A stretch of 64,000 nucleotides of DNA from Syntrophales bacterium (GTDB lineage Bacteria; Desulfobacterota; Syntrophia; Syntrophales; UBA2185), in assembly GCA_052144335.1 (NCBI GenBank), contig JBKQQP010000016.1, positions 894-64,893 of the forward strand, read 5' to 3'. A program made the translations under genes and the position numbers. Below, one piece after another: positions 60,264-64,000 of this stretch. Numbering within the stretch: position 1 is the first letter of the stretch; the number at the start of each line of letters is the position of its first letter. The notes under the pieces are model-generated. The model was not told the DNA's origin and searched no databases. It saw only the letters and a program-made list of their open reading frames with translations.

Positions 60264-60977
60264 ATGCACTTGAAGAGTATTACCATCGATCAGTCAAAAT
60301 ATCCTACCTACGACCATTACCCTTTCAATCTGCCCGTCTTTCAGAAGACGAAGCGCATAACCTTCAATGCTCCGGTTACTTTTTTTGTGGGTGAAAACGG
60401 CTCGGGCAAATCAACATTATTACAGGCGCTGTCCCGTTCCTGCGGCATTCACATATGGAAGGCGGCGGAAAGGACCCGCTATAATAATAATCCCTATGAG
60501 AATAAATTATGCGATAATTTGGCGATCGAATGGTCAAATGGCAATGTGCCAGGCTCCTTCTTCGGTTCCGACATCTTTCATCACTTTACCGAAATCCTCG
60601 ACGAGTGGGCAGCGGCTGATCCCGGCCAACTCAGATATTTCGGCGGCCAATCCCTGATCACCCAGTCTCATGGCGAATCTCTCATGTCGTTTTTCAAGGC
60701 ACGCTACCAAATCAAAGGCCTCTATCTGTTAGACGAACCGGAGACGGCTCTCTCCCCCCGTAGCCAGCTTGCACTGCTTGACTTACTGACGGAGGCGAGC
60801 GTCAAGGATCATGCCCAATTCATTATTGCCACCCATTCCCCGATACTGCTTGCGTGTCCGCGCGCATTGATATACAGTTTCGATTATAGTCCTGTTAGAC
60901 AAATACCATACGAGGAAACGGAGCACTATAAGATTTACAGAGACTTTCTCGAAAACAGGACCAATTACTTAAAGTAG
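60264..60977 (+). CDS. ABC-like AAA ATPase (COG3910-like)
   Basis: GENGSGKST, QSHGES, LLDEPE, ATHSP. Confidence 0.88.
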   Translation: MHLKSITIDQSKYPTYDHYPFNLPVFQKTKRITFNAPVTFFVGENGSGKSTLLQALSRSCGIHIWKAAERTRYNNNPYENKLCDNLAIEWSNGNVPGSFFGSDIFHHFTEILDEWAAADPGQLRYFGGQSLITQSHGESLMSFFKARYQIKGLYLLDEPETALSPRSQLALLDLLTEASVKDHAQFIIATHSPILLACPRALIYSFDYSPVRQIPYEETEHYKIYRDFLENRTNYLK

Positions 60978-61023
60978 CCGCCTGAAAATGTCAGCATGTA
61001 ATCCTCATCGAAAGAGTGCAAAC

Positions 61024-61743
61024 ATGAAAGATCAAGAAAAGACAAAAGAAGCGCTGATGACAGAGAACAATGATTTGCGTTCCCGCATCGCGGAACTTGA
61101 AAAAGCGGATGCCGAACGCGCGCAGGCAGAGGACGCCCTCTCAAAGAGTCTAGAAAATCTGAAAAAGGCAACAGGCTTTATCATTGATGTCATCGTCATG
61201 GTTGTTGAAACGCGGGACCCATATATGTCCGGACATCAGAAAAGGGTTGCCGATCTTGCCCGCTCTATTGCCGCGGAAATGAAGTTGTCGGGGGAGATCA
61301 TTGACGGCATCGGCATGGCCGGCTTAATCCATGATGTGGGAAAGATATCTATACCGGCGGAAATCCTCGGACAACCCCGTCAGCTCAATGACGCAGAATA
61401 TAGTCTAGTCAAAACTCACCCTGAGATAGGTTATCAGATATTGAAGGACATCGATTTTTACAGGCCTGTTGCCCTCATTGTGTATCAGCATCATGAGCGG
61501 ATAAACGGCACCGGCTATCCACGAGGCATCAAGGGAGAAGATATCCTTCTGGAGGCGAAAATCCTGGGAGTCGCCGATGTTGTCGAGGCGATATGCAGGC
61601 ATCGGCCTTACAGGCCAGCGTCGGGATTAGATAAGGCCTTGAAGGAAATTTCCCAATACAGCGGTGTTCTCTATGAACCGGAAGTGGTTGATGCCTGCAC
61701 AAAGCTCTTCGCCGAAAAAGGGTTCACATTTAAATCCCGTTAG
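61024..61743 (+). CDS. HD-GYP domain protein (putative c-di-GMP phosphodiesterase) with N-terminal coiled coil
   Basis: HQKRV, HDVGK, HHERINGTGYP, VAD. Confidence 0.92.
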   Translation: MKDQEKTKEALMTENNDLRSRIAELEKADAERAQAEDALSKSLENLKKATGFIIDVIVMVVETRDPYMSGHQKRVADLARSIAAEMKLSGEIIDGIGMAGLIHDVGKISIPAEILGQPRQLNDAEYSLVKTHPEIGYQILKDIDFYRPVALIVYQHHERINGTGYPRGIKGEDILLEAKILGVADVVEAICRHRPYRPASGLDKALKEISQYSGVLYEPEVVDACTKLFAEKGFTFKSR

Positions 61744-61820
61744 AATTGACAGATAGAGGAATAAAGCGGTGCACTGCAAAGATGTTCCTTTGCCGTGGCA
61801 GCATTGCAATCTGTAAGCGA

Positions 61821-62627
61821 ATGTTTATTTTTTCAAAAAAAGGCCCTGTAGAGTATTTGGAAGCGACAGCACTCACGGCTTGCAATTTCCTGACGCATGC
61901 TTTTTGCACCCGGCGCGGAGGCATTAGTGAGGGTAATTTTGTCGGCCTCAATTTCAGTCCGAAAGAGGGAGACAGTAAGGAGAATGTCCGCGCTAACTGG
62001 AAGATTCTGGCCGAGGCTTTCAATCTTAAGATGGAACAGTTCTTTGTGGTCAATCAGGTTCACGGTGATGAGATTCTCGCCATTGATCGTCCTCTTGCCG
62101 ACTTCATCGTTCCGGAACAGCCTCAATTTGATGCCATCATAACAGATCAGCCGGGGGTTGCCATCGGCATAAAGACGGCGGATTGTGTGCCTATTTTCTT
62201 TGTAGACAAGGTCAAGCGCATCATTGCAGTCGCCCATGCAGGTTGGCGTGGGACCGCTCTTGCGATTGCCGCAAAGGTTGTGCAGGCCCTCATTACAGAA
62301 TTCGGCTGCTGTACAGAAGACCTTATCGCTGCCGTCGGTCCTGCTATCGGACCATGCTGCTATCAGGTGGATGAGCTCGTTTTTGACGCCATGAAAATAC
62401 AGAAGGAGAAAGCATCTTTCTTGTCCCCCTGCCGGGAGCAGGGAAAATGGATGCTTGATCTTTCTCTTGCCAACAGGCTGCAGATGATCGGCGAGGGTAT
62501 CCCCGATAAAAATATATGCATCGCAAACTACTGCACTTCCTGCCGTAGAGATATGTTTTACTCCCACAGAGGCGGGGGAGGAAATACGGGCAGACAGCTC
62601 AATTTCATTACGCTCACTCCTTCATAA
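61821..62627 (+). CDS. pgeF: peptidoglycan editing factor / purine nucleoside phosphorylase YfiH
   Basis: TRRGG.S, QVHG, TADCVP, HAGWRG, GPAIGPCCY, FYSHR. Confidence 0.93.
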   Translation: MFIFSKKGPVEYLEATALTACNFLTHAFCTRRGGISEGNFVGLNFSPKEGDSKENVRANWKILAEAFNLKMEQFFVVNQVHGDEILAIDRPLADFIVPEQPQFDAIITDQPGVAIGIKTADCVPIFFVDKVKRIIAVAHAGWRGTALAIAAKVVQALITEFGCCTEDLIAAVGPAIGPCCYQVDELVFDAMKIQKEKASFLSPCREQGKWMLDLSLANRLQMIGEGIPDKNICIANYCTSCRRDMFYSHRGGGGNTGRQLNFITLTPS

Positions 62628-62688
62628 GAGAAGAGTTTGAAGGTCTTTTCTCACTGGTGTATTAAAAACATGTTTGTTTAAAAAGTGC

Positions 62689-62717
62689 TTGACATGGGGG
62701 AATGGGTGATATAAATT
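62689..62717 (+). promoter_or_regulatory. putative sigma70 promoter of rho
   Basis: TTGACA-N17-TAAATT, giving a leader of about 220 nt. Confidence 0.45.
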
Positions 62718-62941
62718 ACGAAAAAATCATAGAAAGGCTGAAATAAAGTCCTTCCTTTTTGGATTGTCTGAAGAACCCAATTTAACAACTCATTACTAAT
62801 CCAAGTTATTCTTTATATACTTCGCCGTATGTTAATTCTGCCATGTCTTTTGTTGATAAGTGTGGTTTGAACTGGGAGTCGGGAGCTTTGGTGGTTATTT
62901 TTCAAAACTAATAGATAGAGGTGCGAACAAGAGAATTGATT

Positions 62942-64000
62942 ATGAATATCGAAGAAATTAAAAGATTGCCAATCAGTGAACTTACCAGCATGGCAAAGGA
63001 TTTGAGTGTCGCAGGCGCGAGCGGTATGAGAAGACAGGATCTGATCTTTGCGATATTGCAAACTCAAGCAGAAAAGAATGAGAGCATCACCGGGACGGGA
63101 GTGCTGGAAATCCTTCCTGACAGCTTCGGTTTCCTCAGGGCCGTCGATTACAATTATCTGCCGAGCCCTGATGACATCTATATCTCGCCATCACAAATCC
63201 GGAGATTCAGCCTCAGGACCGGTGATACGGTATCAGGCGAGGTCAGGCCGCCGAAGGACGGTGAAAAATATTTTGCCCTGCTCAAGGTGGATGAGGTCAA
63301 TTTTGAAAGTCCGGAAGCCGCCAGAGACAAGATACTCTTTGACAACCTCACGCCCCTATACCCGGAACAGAAGCTGAACCTAGAAGCTGATCCGGAAAAT
63401 TTTTCGACAAGGATCATGGATCTTTTCACCCCCATCGGAAAAGGCCAGAGAGCGCTGATTGTTTCGCCGCCGCGGGCAGGAAAGACCGTGCTCCTTAAGG
63501 ATATCGCCCATAGCATTTCCACAAACCATGAAGAAGTTATTCTCATGGTTCTCTTGATTGATGAGAGGCCGGAAGAAGTAACCGACATGCAGCGCAGTGT
63601 GAACGGGGAAGTGATATCATCAACATTTGACGAACCGGCCACACGGCACGTCCAGGTCGCAGAGATGGTGATTGAAAAGGCAAAGCGCCTCGTCGAACAC
63701 AAGAAGGACGTGGTGATTCTTCTTGACAGCATCACCAGGCTCGCCAGGGCTTATAACACGGTGGTACCGCCAAGTGGCAAGGTCTTATCAGGCGGTGTTG
63801 ACTCGAATGCCTTGCATAAACCAAAACGATTCTTCGGCGCCGCCAGAAATATAGAAAATGGCGGCAGCCTGACCATCATTTCTACGGCGCTGATCGATAC
63901 GGGAAGCAGAATGGATGAAGTTATTTTTGAAGAATTCAAGGGTACGGGTAATATGGAACTTCACCTGGATCGCAGGATTGCAGACAGAAGGGTATTCCCC
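62942..64000 (+). CDS. rho: transcription termination factor Rho (truncated by the window end; not in the ORF track)
   Basis: Hand translation: MNIEEIK...[27 protein letters not shown]...GKGQR...PPRAGKT...DERPEEV. Confidence 0.97.
   Translation, partial: MNIEEIKRLPISELTSMAKDLSVAGASGMRRQDLIFAILQTQAEKNESITGTGVLEILPDSFGFLRAVDYNYLPSPDDIYISPSQIRRFSLRTGDTVSGEVRPPKDGEKYFALLKVDEVNFESPEAARDKILFDNLTPLYPEQKLNLEADPENFSTRIMDLFTPIGKGQRALIVSPPRAGKTVLLKDIAHSISTNHEEVILMVLLIDERPEEVTDMQRSVNGEVISSTFDEPATRHVQVAEMVIEKAKRLVEHKKDVVILLDSITRLARAYNTVVPPSGKVLSGGVDSNALHKPKRFFGAARNIENGGSLTIISTALIDTGSRMDEVIFEEFKGTGNMELHLDRRIADRRVFP

Noticed and set aside
1-64000. CRISPR arrays, tRNA/rRNA genes (including tRNA-Sec near selA), transposases, integrases, phage or defence genes
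   Set aside because: None recognised by eye. A short RNA gene could have been missed without a covariance-model search.

Overview
A gene-dense chromosomal window from an anaerobic bacterium. The gene content (Hdr/Mvh, OFOR, MenK-like radical SAM, SelA, sigma54 systems, MaoC/SCP2/CaiB) points to Desulfobacterota, probably Syntrophales-like; this assignment is inference. I see no rRNA, tRNA, CRISPR array, prophage or intact transposase. The most striking locus is a roughly 10.6-kb minus-strand operon (15730->5279). It encodes a four-subunit 2-oxoacid:ferredoxin oxidoreductase (korDABC), a 1123-aa HdrL-like protein with an intact GltD/NfnB-type NAD(P)H module but two eroded HdrA flavin lobes, an atypical MvhD, an HdrD-like CCG protein, and an HdrA-MvhD fusion. 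The ORF track splits that fusion in two, but it is almost certainly one selenoprotein: an in-frame TGA at 7127-7129 occupies a conserved Cys position, a GGUC-loop SECIS-like hairpin follows it, and selA is in the window. Other notable loci: a group 3d-type [NiFe]-hydrogenase with a NuoG-like partner and no local diaphorase; a Bacillus YtpB-like terpene cyclase; a MenK/MqnK-like menaquinone methyltransferase; a Helicobacter/Campylobacter Csd6+Csd4-like peptidoglycan-trimming pair; a J-domain protein with MshEN-like repeats; an MtnA+class II aldolase pair; a complete glycine cleavage cluster; two clear sigma54 promoters; and a truncated rho at the right edge. All product calls come from motif recognition by eye; no database searches were run.
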